The translations under genes were made by a program, and so were the position numbers. A stretch of 64,000 nucleotides of DNA, the filler included, from Myxococcota bacterium (GTDB taxonomy: Bacteria > Myxococcota_C > UBA6777): the NCBI GenBank assembly GCA_023150835.1. It is 10 parts of 10 records of this genome, joined end to end, with 100 filler letters (N's around TTAATTAATTAA, not from the genome) between each part and the next. Parts side by side here need not be neighbours in the genome. Positions count along the whole stretch, not along the records: positions 3,478 to 35,411 come from JAKLKB010000070.1; 9 more parts are not named here. One strand, 5' to 3'. Below the pieces are notes generated by a model. It did no database searches. It was not told where the DNA came from and worked only from the letters and a program-made list of their open reading frames with translations. Below, one piece after another: positions 19,980 through 30,026 of this stretch. Position 1 is the stretch's first letter. Every line of letters begins with the position of its first letter.

Positions 19980-20191
19980 TTTTGCCGTCCTTTGCGATGG
20001 GAGGGTGATCTTGCGCAGCGCTTTTTATCTTCGTGATCTTGCAAAAAAAAAGAAAGGGGTTGCAAGCAAGGCATCTGTGAATTTTGTGTGAAGGAGGGAG
20101 GCTTGTGAATTCGTGGCGTTGGAGAGCGTACCGTGTTAACCTCCGAAGAAGACGATGAGCAAGACGCTCACAGCAACATAGAGGGTTTGCG

Positions 20192-20392
20192 ATGAAGAGA
20201 AAAAGAGCGCAGCATCTGGTGGGTTGGTTATGGATGTTTGGATATTTGGGGGTTTTGGGGGGATGGGCTGTCTCAGGCTGCGATGGATCTTCTGCGGTGT
20301 GCAAGGCGAAAGGAGATTGTGCGGCGCAGCGTCACTTCGACGCGCCGACGCTCCGCAGTTACGGCTTTCGTGTTGTCAGATCGAGCCCCTAA
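20192..20392 (+). pseudogene. Short or truncated Cys-containing lipoprotein N-terminus
   Basis: Leader ending VSGC, then CKAKGDC, resembling the start of the 38883 gene; stops right at the 42-bp array. Confidence 0.4.
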
Positions 20393-20394
20393 TT

Positions 20395-20688
20395 GAATCG
20401 AAAACGATAGCTTTGGGGATGAGAAGCAGCGTAATGGAATCGAAAACGATAGATTTTGCGATGGCGGGAGGGTTTTTTGAATCGAAAACGATAGATTTTG
20501 CGATGGCGGGAGGGTTTTTTGAATCGAAAACGATAGATTTTGCGATGGCGGGAGGGTTTTTGGGATCGAAAACGATAGATTTTGCGATGGCGGGAGGGTT
20601 TTTTGAATCGAAAACGGTAGATTTCGCGGTGGCGGGAGGGTTTTTGGGATCGAAAACAGTAGCTTTTGCGATGATGGGACGATGTTTA
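20395..20688. repeat. 42-bp tandem array x7
   Basis: Unit GAATCGAAAACGATAGATTTTGCGATGGCGGGAGGGTTTTTT; the terminal units are diverged. Confidence 0.92.
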
Positions 20689-20697
20689 GAACCGAAG

Positions 20698-21597
20698 TTA
20701 GGTTGTCGGAGGTGTTGGCGTGGGTTGTGGAGTTGGGGGGGATGTCTTCTTGGAGGATGGAGAGTTTTGTAGGCTGGGGTAGCGGGTGAGGGGATCTTGT
20801 TTTCGGAAGAGATAGCGGCCTGTGTCGACAACTTCGGTGAGGGCTTGGTCGAGGAAGCTCCATGCTTTTTGGCGCAGCAGAGCGGCTTGTTGGAGTTGTG
20901 TGGGGGTGGGTTGTTTGTCGAGGTGAGCGAGGAAGCGAGCGCCATCGTTGGCGGCACGTTGTATCATGTCGAGGGTGATCTTGGAGCGTCCTTCGGCCTC
21001 TTTCCAATGGTTTTTCCAGAGGTCGGCGAGTCGGACGAGATCATCGGCGGCGTCTTCGCGTCCTCGGCCTTTTTGGATGTCGGCGACGAGGGGAGCGAGG
21101 GTCGGGTGATCTTCCCAGAGGTAGAGGGTGGCTTTGAGGATCTCGGCGCGTAAGTCGAGCATTTCTTTGAGAAAGGTATCGAGGTTGGGGAAGGGAGTGC
21201 CTTTGAGGAAGCGACGCCAGACGATTTCAGCGTGCCAGAAGGCGAGTGCGCGGGTTTCGAGGGTATCAAGGAGGTTGATGTCGAAGAGGTCTTTGTGGAG
21301 GAGGGCGAAGCGTTCTCGATCCGCGAGGGCTTGTTGGGCGATCTTGAGGGTTTGGCGGACAGCGGAAAGGGGGCGGGTGAAGAGGCGACGCGACGAAGGT
21401 TCGTGGGCTTTGATTTGTTTTTCGAGGGCTTTCCATGCTTTGGCGAGGGTTTGTTCATCGGGCGGGGTGTCGTCTTCCCATGTTTCGTCCTCATCGAGTT
21501 CTTCGATCTGAGGGGGAGCGGGGGGCAGAGCTTGCTTGGGGGGCTTGGCGCTTTTTGCGGGTGCTTTGGGGCTGGGGGAGGATGTTTTCTTGGCCAT
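20698..21597 (-). CDS. Hypothetical helical-bundle protein with low-complexity termini
   Basis: 299-aa ORF from MAKK, with GAGG upstream; predicted all-helical core. Confidence 0.8.
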   Translation of the reverse strand: MAKKTSSPSPKAPAKSAKPPKQALPPAPPQIEELDEDETWEDDTPPDEQTLAKAWKALEKQIKAHEPSSRRLFTRPLSAVRQTLKIAQQALADRERFALLHKDLFDINLLDTLETRALAFWHAEIVWRRFLKGTPFPNLDTFLKEMLDLRAEILKATLYLWEDHPTLAPLVADIQKGRGREDAADDLVRLADLWKNHWKEAEGRSKITLDMIQRAANDGARFLAHLDKQPTPTQLQQAALLRQKAWSFLDQALTEVVDTGRYLFRKQDPLTRYPSLQNSPSSKKTSPPTPQPTPTPPTT

Positions 21598-21717
21598 CTT
21601 TGGGTGACCTCTGGATGAATAAGGGGTGGATGGGATCCAAGCGGATGCGGATGCTGCGATGTGAGAGCGAGGATAGCAAAAGGGCAAAGGAAGGCAAGGG
21701 GCCACGTGGAGTGGGTG

Positions 21718-21945
21718 ATACGAAATCCGCCCGTTGTGTGAGCGTAAAAATGTAGGGGCAGCCCCCTGTGGCTGCCTGAGCATAGGGCGTCGAACACGAG
21801 ATCCGCCCGTTGTGTGAGCGTAAGGACGTAGGGGCAGACCCCTGTGTCTGCCCGATCATAGGGCATCGAATACGAGATCCGCCCCTTGTGTGAGCGTAAA
21901 AATGTAGGGGCAGACAGGTGTGGCTGCCCAAGAATCGGGCGTCTA
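21718..21945 (+). repeat. Three tandem 76-bp REP units
   Basis: GTAGGGGCAG palindromes at 21752, 21828 and 21904. Confidence 0.9.
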
Positions 21946-22049
21946 GGCACTCTCCTTCGTTGTGTACATCACTCGGATTTCGTACGGGTCGTGAGGGTTT
22001 TGCGAGGGGCCGTTTTTGTTGAAGACGAGCCGTTGGGTTGTGGTGAGGG

Positions 22050-25000
22050 CTACGAGAGGCGAAGTTGGCGGTAGATCAGAGCGATGACGAGGTAGCAGAC
22101 GACGAGGCTGGTGCCGCCGGAGGAGATCCAAGGGAGGGTGACGCCCGTCATGGGGGTGAGGCGGAGGACGGAACCGATATGGATAAAGTGTTGTGCGAAG
22201 AGGTAGATGCCGCCGAATAACAGGACGAGGAGACGGGTGGTTTGGAGACGTTTGAGGGCGAGGAGGGCGTCGTCGTCGTCGGGGAGGATGGGGAGCCAAT
22301 GCAGGCGTGCGGTAGCGAGGGTGGCGAGGGGAAAGAAGCCCATCGCGGCGATGACGAAGAGTCCCCATGCGGGGGAAAGGACGCGAACGACAGCGGTAAA
22401 GACAAAGTCGCTGTGGAGGTTATTGAACCATTGGAAGGTGCCTTTGTAGGAGGCCAAGGCCCAGATATTGTGGAGGATCTGTTCACCGACCAAGAAGCGC
22501 CAAGGCTGACGCCAGAGGGAAAGGCGTTCTTGGACTTTGCGGATCTCGCTTTGTTGTGCGGCGAGGTCGGGGGCAAGCCAAGCGACGAGTTCGGGTAAGA
22601 GAACGAACAGACCGATGCCTGCGAAGACAACGCCGATGCGCAAGAAGTTTCCAAGGGTGGTGAGGCGGTCGGGTCCGGGGGCAAGGAAGGAGAACAGCAA
22701 GAACAGCGAAAAGCAAAGAGTGAGGATCAGGCCGGGTCCAAGGTCGCCTTGGAGGGTGTAGAGCAGAGCGATGGAGCCAAGCAACAAGAGATAGAGAGCG
22801 GCGACGCGCAAGGCTCCACCAAGGCGTTCGGAGCGCTGTTGGGCGAGACTGGTTTCGGGGGGGGCGGAGGTTCGGTCCGGAGCGCCGCGTCGTCGTGCGC
22901 GGATCAGACGTAGGGCAAAGATATCGGGTCCAAGCGAATAAGCAAAGAAGACGATGGCTGTAAGGATGGCGGCATCGGAGAGTTTGATCGTGCCGATGAT
23001 GGGGACTTTGAGAAAAAAGCGGTTATGGACAAGGGGGGGGGCGATCAGACCAAGCAACGGAACCAACGCAAGCAGCGCAAGGGTCGCAAAAAAGGCATAC
23101 AAGGCTTGGCGTTGTGGGGAGTGGGGTTCGCTTTGTTGCCATGCTTGTTGGAGGATACGGCCATAAGCGTAGAGGACAAAGACAGGCAGCCAAAGCCAAG
23201 CCCGAAGGAAGGCGAAGCACACTATCAAGGACACCAACGAGACGGCGATCCATCCCCACGGATAGACGGAAGGTTTGGAGAAGTCAGGAACAAGCGGAGC
23301 GGGTGGAGGAGCGGTTTTGCGGCGAAAGCGCAACGAACGGGGCGAAGCGAGCAGTGCAAGCAAAAACAGCAAAAGGCCGACCAGAGACCACAAGACTTGG
23401 CGATAAAGGAAGTCGTTGTGGTTGAGCCCAAGCGAAGCAAGCGAGAGCGAAGCAAGGACGTAAAGACCGAGGCCATTGAGGAAGAGAGCCAGCGGCAAAA
23501 GCAGCAAGATCGGGAGAGAGAGCAGACGCAGTCGAATGGATTGAAGGAGAGAAGGGCGCGGGCGTTCGCGTAGCCATGCGCGACGGCGGGGATCATCGGA
23601 GGGGAGGGTGCGAAGTAAGGCATCGGAAGGGAGAGGAGACCAGCGCAGGTGGCCGTTTTGGAGGAGCCAAAACAGCAAAAAGATCATGCTCAATCCAAAG
23701 ATCACCCAAAGCAGGGCGATGCGTTGTGCGAGAGGTTGATAGGAGGGTTGGAAGAGGCGTAGATAGAGACCACGCGCTCGATAAAGGGCGGGGCCAAGGG
23801 GGAGAGCGGTGGCTTGGGTAATGGTTGGAGAGAGCGGGGTGCTTTGGGCATCGGTGCGGGTGGTGGTGGTTTGGGGGGCAGGTAGAGGGAGGGGATCTCC
23901 TTGGGCGTCGGTGCGGTCGAGGGTGGTTTCTTCGAGGGGGGTGACGGTATAGGGTTTGGGGGTGGGATCGATGCGTAGGATGGGGCGTTGTGGTGAACCT
24001 TGAATGGCAGAGGTGGGTCGAGGGATCAGAGAAGTGTGCAACAACCAGCGATCTGCGCGAGGATCATCGCCTTCGCCACCCGAGACCAAGAGTGGGCGTT
24101 GGGAGTTCAGGAGCTTTCGTGCGGGGAGAGTTTCGGACGGAAAGTAAGCAAAGAAGGGGATCAGAGAGCGGCTGGTGGGTTGGGAGTCGGCGAGCAAACG
24201 CACGCTGTCTTCGCGCAAGATCACGCGGTAGCGGATCTGTCCGAGGGAAAGATGATCGCCGTCGTGCAAGATACCCGCACCAAGGCGCAAAGGCGTTCCA
24301 TTGCGTGGGACGACTTGGATCGGTTCGTCGCTTTGGCCGAGGTGTTGGAGAAAAAGGCGTTTGTGTTGAAAGAACAGACGGGCCAGCTTGCCGATCTCAA
24401 GACCGCCCGGGAGGGCGTCGTGCGCGAGTTCAAAAGCACAAGCTGTTTGGGCGTGTTGGAGTGTGTAGCGTGGGGAGGTGAGGAGCTGTGGGCGGCGCTT
24501 GAGAGCGAGCGTGCGGGGCGGCGTTCCCCAAGAGATCGGGGTTTGAAATGGAAGCCAGATCTGTTGCGTGCGGGAAAACAGCAGCCATTGGGCTTGTCGA
24601 TATTCGAGCCATTGAAAGCCCGTAGCGAGGGGGAGTTCGTAGCGTTGGTGAGGCATGAGCCAGCGTTGGAGGGGGTGGCCTTGGTGGTGTGTGGAAAGGC
24701 GGGGTTGTTGGTGCATAAGGCGCAAAGGAGCGCGGTGTTCGCGGAAAAGAAAGGAAGAGAAGCGGCCTTTGGCGAAGGAGTGGATCTCTTTGAGTTGAAG
24801 GGTTTGAAGGAGAAGAGAAGGGCTGCATCGATCTTGTCGTTGACGTTCGAGTGCGCGGAGGGGATCGCTTGGCCAAGGCAAGAGCAGGGTGTCGCCATCG
24901 CGGATCTGACGGCGGTTGATATCGGAGGGAGGGGCGAGGGCCGAGGCGCGACGCAATGTGATACGGCGATCAGGGGAGCGATTGATGATCTGGGCCCACC

Positions 25001-25394
25001 AGCGGCCTTTTGTTCCACGTCGTTCGAGGATCAAGTGTTCGGTGGAGGCTTTGCGGTCGTGGAGGACGATATCATTGCGCTGGCGATCACGCCCAATGGA
25101 GACGAGAAAGCGTTGGGAAGATTGTTTTCGCCAAGGGGCTTCATAGCCGACAAGCGCGATCTGTGGGGGTTCGGAAAAGCTGCTAAAGCCGATCCATACG
25201 CCCCAAAACAGGATCGCAAGACCGCTGAGACCACAAAGCCATGTGGCCGCCCACCGATCCATAGGGCGCAGCGCTTCGGTGGAAAAGGAGTGTTGTGTAT
25301 CAACAGAGGCAGAAGAAGACGAAAGAGGTGTGGAAGTTGAGGAGGTACGCAAGATCGGCTCCAAAGGGGCTGGTACGATATCCGAGTGATGCAC
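22050..25394 (-). CDS. FHA-domain / FtsW-RodA-SpoVE (SEDS) fusion membrane protein
   Basis: FHA motif SIGRD...DIVLHDRKASTEH; SEDS motifs QGDLGPG, HSDFVF and PMTGVTLPWISSGGTSL. Confidence 0.85.
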   Translation of the reverse strand: MHHSDIVPAPLEPILRTSSTSTPLSSSSASVDTQHSFSTEALRPMDRWAATWLCGLSGLAILFWGVWIGFSSFSEPPQIALVGYEAPWRKQSSQRFLVSIGRDRQRNDIVLHDRKASTEHLILERRGTKGRWWAQIINRSPDRRITLRRASALAPPSDINRRQIRDGDTLLLPWPSDPLRALERQRQDRCSPSLLLQTLQLKEIHSFAKGRFSSFLFREHRAPLRLMHQQPRLSTHHQGHPLQRWLMPHQRYELPLATGFQWLEYRQAQWLLFSRTQQIWLPFQTPISWGTPPRTLALKRRPQLLTSPRYTLQHAQTACAFELAHDALPGGLEIGKLARLFFQHKRLFLQHLGQSDEPIQVVPRNGTPLRLGAGILHDGDHLSLGQIRYRVILREDSVRLLADSQPTSRSLIPFFAYFPSETLPARKLLNSQRPLLVSGGEGDDPRADRWLLHTSLIPRPTSAIQGSPQRPILRIDPTPKPYTVTPLEETTLDRTDAQGDPLPLPAPQTTTTRTDAQSTPLSPTITQATALPLGPALYRARGLYLRLFQPSYQPLAQRIALLWVIFGLSMIFLLFWLLQNGHLRWSPLPSDALLRTLPSDDPRRRAWLRERPRPSLLQSIRLRLLSLPILLLLPLALFLNGLGLYVLASLSLASLGLNHNDFLYRQVLWSLVGLLLFLLALLASPRSLRFRRKTAPPPAPLVPDFSKPSVYPWGWIAVSLVSLIVCFAFLRAWLWLPVFVLYAYGRILQQAWQQSEPHSPQRQALYAFFATLALLALVPLLGLIAPPLVHNRFFLKVPIIGTIKLSDAAILTAIVFFAYSLGPDIFALRLIRARRRGAPDRTSAPPETSLAQQRSERLGGALRVAALYLLLLGSIALLYTLQGDLGPGLILTLCFSLFLLFSFLAPGPDRLTTLGNFLRIGVVFAGIGLFVLLPELVAWLAPDLAAQQSEIRKVQERLSLWRQPWRFLVGEQILHNIWALASYKGTFQWFNNLHSDFVFTAVVRVLSPAWGLFVIAAMGFFPLATLATARLHWLPILPDDDDALLALKRLQTTRLLVLLFGGIYLFAQHFIHIGSVLRLTPMTGVTLPWISSGGTSLVVCYLVIALIYRQLRLS

Positions 25395-25418
25395 ACAGCA
25401 AAGGAGAGTATGTGAACG

Positions 25419-25515
25419 CCTGATTATCGGGCAACTACTGCCCCTACTCTGATTATCGGGCAGCCACAGGGGGCTGTCCCTACCTCTTTACGCACACAAT
25501 GGGCGGATTTCGTAT
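25419..25515 (-). repeat. REP element with partial duplication
   Basis: GGGCAGCCACAGGGGGCTGTCCCTAC...CGGATTTCGTAT. Confidence 0.75.
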
Positions 25516-25611
25516 GATTTGGGGGAGCGGTTTTGTGTTTGGGGGCGTTGCACCCGTGGCGGAGCTTCGGTGGGTTTGCGCAAGGGAGGAGCGGTGGGTT
25601 TGTGCAAGGAA

Positions 25612-26685
25612 TTATTTGGGGAGGGTGATCTCGAAGACGAGGGGTAGGTGATCGGAAAGGAAGTTTTGGACGACTTCGTAGCGTTCGAGTTTGAGGTTTT
25701 TTTGGAGGAAAACGTGGTCGATCCAGCGGTCGGTCTGTTTGGCTCCAAAACGGATGTAAGTGTTGTATTTGTCGCGATGTTTGTTGTATTCCTCGACGGA
25801 GAGGATGCTGCGGAACTCGGAGAACATCTTGGTGAGTGGATTGGTGTCGGGGGGGTTGTAGTACTTGGCTTCGACAACGCCGAGGCGTTTGGGATCGTCG
25901 TTGGGGGGCAAAAGGTTAAAGTCGCCTGCCGCGATCCAAGGGGAGCCTTGTTTGTCGGCTTCGCGGATCAGTTCGGCCATACGGGCGACTTGTTTGTCAA
26001 GCGTGCCGTCGCCAAAGCTGAAGGCGTCGAAGTGCGTGTTGAGGAGGACAAAAGGTTGTTTTTGTCCTTCGATCGGGATCTCGGCGCGTAGGATGGCGCG
26101 TTTGAGTCCGAAAGCGCGGTGGATGAAGCTTTCTTTCATTTGAGCGAGGGCAAAGCGGGTGGGATCTTGGAGCTTGAAGCGGGAGAAGATGGTGAGGTGC
26201 ATATCGACACGGCCCATGTGTTGGTGGCCGGGCGTGGGGACGTAGACGGAGCGGAAGTAAGGAGCGGTCGCATAGCAAGCAAAGCGTTTGGGGTTCCAAA
26301 GCTTTTGAAGCTGATCGATGTAGGCCGAACGCTGGGAGTTTCGATCGATCTCTTGCCAGAGGACGATATCGGGTTGGAGCTTTTCGACAAGCTCGCCGAT
26401 GCCTTTGACGGTTTCCTCCACCACGCTTTTTTCGGCCATTACATCTTTGCCACCGTCATAAAAGAAGTGGTATTTGCGACTGCCGCCATATTGGATATTC
26501 CACGACAAGACCTTGATCTTTTGTCCGGGCTTGAGGGAGGCAGGGGCCACACCGTTGCAAGCCGACTCTGCGGGCGTCTTCTCCGCTGGAAAATAGTTGA
26601 GGGCGCGCACCAAGATCAGGCCGCTCGCCACAAGAAGAACCACCAACACCAGCACAATTTTTAAGAGCAACCAAACGAGCCTCAT
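25612..26685 (-). CDS. Membrane-anchored endonuclease/exonuclease/phosphatase family protein
   Basis: SWNI, WQEID, NTH, GDFN, IDH and SDHLP motifs; N-terminal TM helix. Confidence 0.92.
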   Translation of the reverse strand: MRLVWLLLKIVLVLVVLLVASGLILVRALNYFPAEKTPAESACNGVAPASLKPGQKIKVLSWNIQYGGSRKYHFFYDGGKDVMAEKSVVEETVKGIGELVEKLQPDIVLWQEIDRNSQRSAYIDQLQKLWNPKRFACYATAPYFRSVYVPTPGHQHMGRVDMHLTIFSRFKLQDPTRFALAQMKESFIHRAFGLKRAILRAEIPIEGQKQPFVLLNTHFDAFSFGDGTLDKQVARMAELIREADKQGSPWIAAGDFNLLPPNDDPKRLGVVEAKYYNPPDTNPLTKMFSEFRSILSVEEYNKHRDKYNTYIRFGAKQTDRWIDHVFLQKNLKLERYEVVQNFLSDHLPLVFEITLPK

Positions 26686-26751
26686 CGATATCTCCGATCT
26701 GACGGGGTTTCTAGGGGTTTCACGAACAAGCAACGACGATTTGTTTTGAAG

Positions 26752-27240
26752 CTAGTTGGCGGCGCATGGCCGCATCTCGATTTGGACGGAGTTTTTGAGA
26801 TCGGCGCTGGGAGTTGCACTTCCGCAAAGTGTGGCGATGCGTTCGCGGTCAAAGAAAGTGACGGTGATCCGAGTGACGGTGAGTGTGGGGGATTGGTAGC
26901 CGATATCGACCGCACAATGGCGCAAGATCTTTTGGAGGGCGGTTCCCTGAAAGCCGAGGATGCTTTGTTTGGAGCGTTTGATCAAGTCAACGTCCGTCGC
27001 GGGTGAGGTGATCGCATCGGTGCTTTCGAGAGAAGGGATCTCTAATTCCACACGCATGGCTTGAAGGGGATTGTCGCTTGGGGATCGGCAAGGATTGTTG
27101 TTGGCAGCCGCCATCTTGATCTGGAGGGCGGGTCCCGTTTCACAAGCGATGATCGGGGAGAAATTAAGCAAGCACAACGCAAGCAAACAAACACGACCGT
27201 AGCGTCGAGGGATCGGAGAGGAATGGAGAGACAGTTGCAT
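26752..27240 (-). CDS. Hypothetical lipoprotein
   Basis: Leader ending IIAC; GAGG RBS. Confidence 0.6.
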   Translation of the reverse strand: MQLSLHSSPIPRRYGRVCLLALCLLNFSPIIACETGPALQIKMAAANNNPCRSPSDNPLQAMRVELEIPSLESTDAITSPATDVDLIKRSKQSILGFQGTALQKILRHCAVDIGYQSPTLTVTRITVTFFDRERIATLCGSATPSADLKNSVQIEMRPCAAN

Positions 27241-27321
27241 GGCAGCCCTCAGCCTCGCAGAAAAGGGGCATGGACGAAATAAAGAAGAGCATCCGATATG
27301 GCGGGGAAAAAATCAAGAGGG

Positions 27322-27600
27322 GTCCACGGAAAGCACGGAAAGCACGGAAAGGAGGCAAGAAGAGTTCAGAGATGGGGCGTTGGGCTTGGGTCGCGGCTTC
27401 GGCTTGAAAGCACGGAAAGCACGGAAAGGAGGCAAGAAGAGTTCAGAGACGGGGCGTTGGGCTTGGGTCGCGGCTTCGGCTTGAAAGCACGGAAAGCACG
27501 GAAAGGAGGCAAGAAGAGTTCAGAGATGGCGCGTTGGGCTTGGGTCGCGGCTTCGGCTTCGGCTTGAAAGCACGGAAAACACGGAAAGCAGGCAAGAAGA
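27322..27600 (+). repeat. 77-bp tandem repeat x3.4 seeded by GTCCACGGAAAGCACGGAAA
   Basis: Units start at 27329, 27406, 27483 and 27566. Confidence 0.9.
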
Positions 27601-27641
27601 GGGCAATGGGAGTTTTATGTGTGGCGGGGCATGGGAAAAGA

Positions 27642-27921
27642 CGTGTTCGCGGAAGCGAGCGGCGCAGATGTTTGTTTGGGCAGCGGCCAAAAAGGCCGTG
27701 TTCGCGGAAGTGAGCGGCGCAGATGTTTGTTTGGGCGGTGGCCAAAAAGGCCGTGTTCGTGGAAGCGAGCGGCGCAGATGTTTGTTTGGGCGGTTGCCAA
27801 AGAGGCCGTGTTCGCGCTGTTTCAAGCGACAGAGCTGTTGTTTTGAAGAACCTGTGATCTTTTCGCCAAACATGGGGTCAAGGGGGCAAAGCTCCCTTGT
27901 GGGGCGTGGGGCAAAGCCCCA
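27642..27921 (+). repeat. 55-bp tandem repeat x3 running into a triple-hairpin repeat copy (27806-27921)
   Basis: CGTGTTCG units at 27642, 27697, 27752 and 27807; ends CAAGGGGGCAAAGCTCCCTTGTGGGGCGTGGGGCAAAGCCCCA. Confidence 0.88.
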
Positions 27922-27980
27922 CAAAAACGAAAGTGGGGGATGGTGTAGAGTCCGAGAAAAACAAGCCAGAGTGGTGTGGG

Positions 27981-29344
<1,364 letters not shown>

Positions 29345-29345
<1 letters not shown>

Positions 29346-29872
29346 CAGATCTGCTCCATCACGATATCGTTGTTGGTGAAGACACAGATCTCAGCGGCGA
29401 TCTGGATGGCGTTGCGAGCGATCTCGGGTGCGCTGAGGTTGGTGTGTCGCAGCATGGCGCGTGCGGCGGCGAGTGCGTAGGGGCCACCGCTGCCGATGGC
29501 ATGGACACCTTCGTCGGGTTCGAGGACATCGCCGTTTCCGCTGATGAGGTAGACGCGTTCGTGATCGGCGACAAGGAGGAGGGCTTCGAGTCGTCGGAGA
29601 TATTTGTCGGTGCGCCATTCTTTAGCGAGTTCGACGGCGGCGCGGGTGAGGTTTCCGTTAAAGTCTTTGAGTCGGCCTTCGAATTTTTCTTGGAGGGTGA
29701 GGGCGTCAGCGGTGGAGCCAGCAAAACCGCAGATGACTTTGTCGTTGTAGATACGTCGGACTTTGCGAGCGGTGTGCTTGACGATGGTGTTTTGGAGGGA
29801 GACTTGGCCGTCGCCCGCGATGGCGGTCTTGCCGTCTTTTTTGACGGCAACGATGGTCGTTCCATGAAACAT
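29345..29872 (-). CDS. hslV: ATP-dependent protease subunit HslV
   Basis: HGTTI N-terminal Thr, [15 protein letters not shown]. Confidence 0.97.
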
Positions 29873-30026
29873 AATGACGCCTCTTGATGGGGTGAGGAGT
29901 TGGTGTGAAGGGCGAGGTTCGTGTTGTTGTGTGGGTTGGAGAGAAGGGGGCAGATTCGAGAACAGCACGAAACGCGGCAGAAGATAATCATGGGATGAGT
30001 TGTGTCAAAGAAGGAAGGGATGGTGG

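Noticed and set aside
27322..27815. 77-bp and 55-bp arrays (also 20395, 53486, 63841) as CRISPR
   Set aside because: The units lack unique spacers and no cas genes are present
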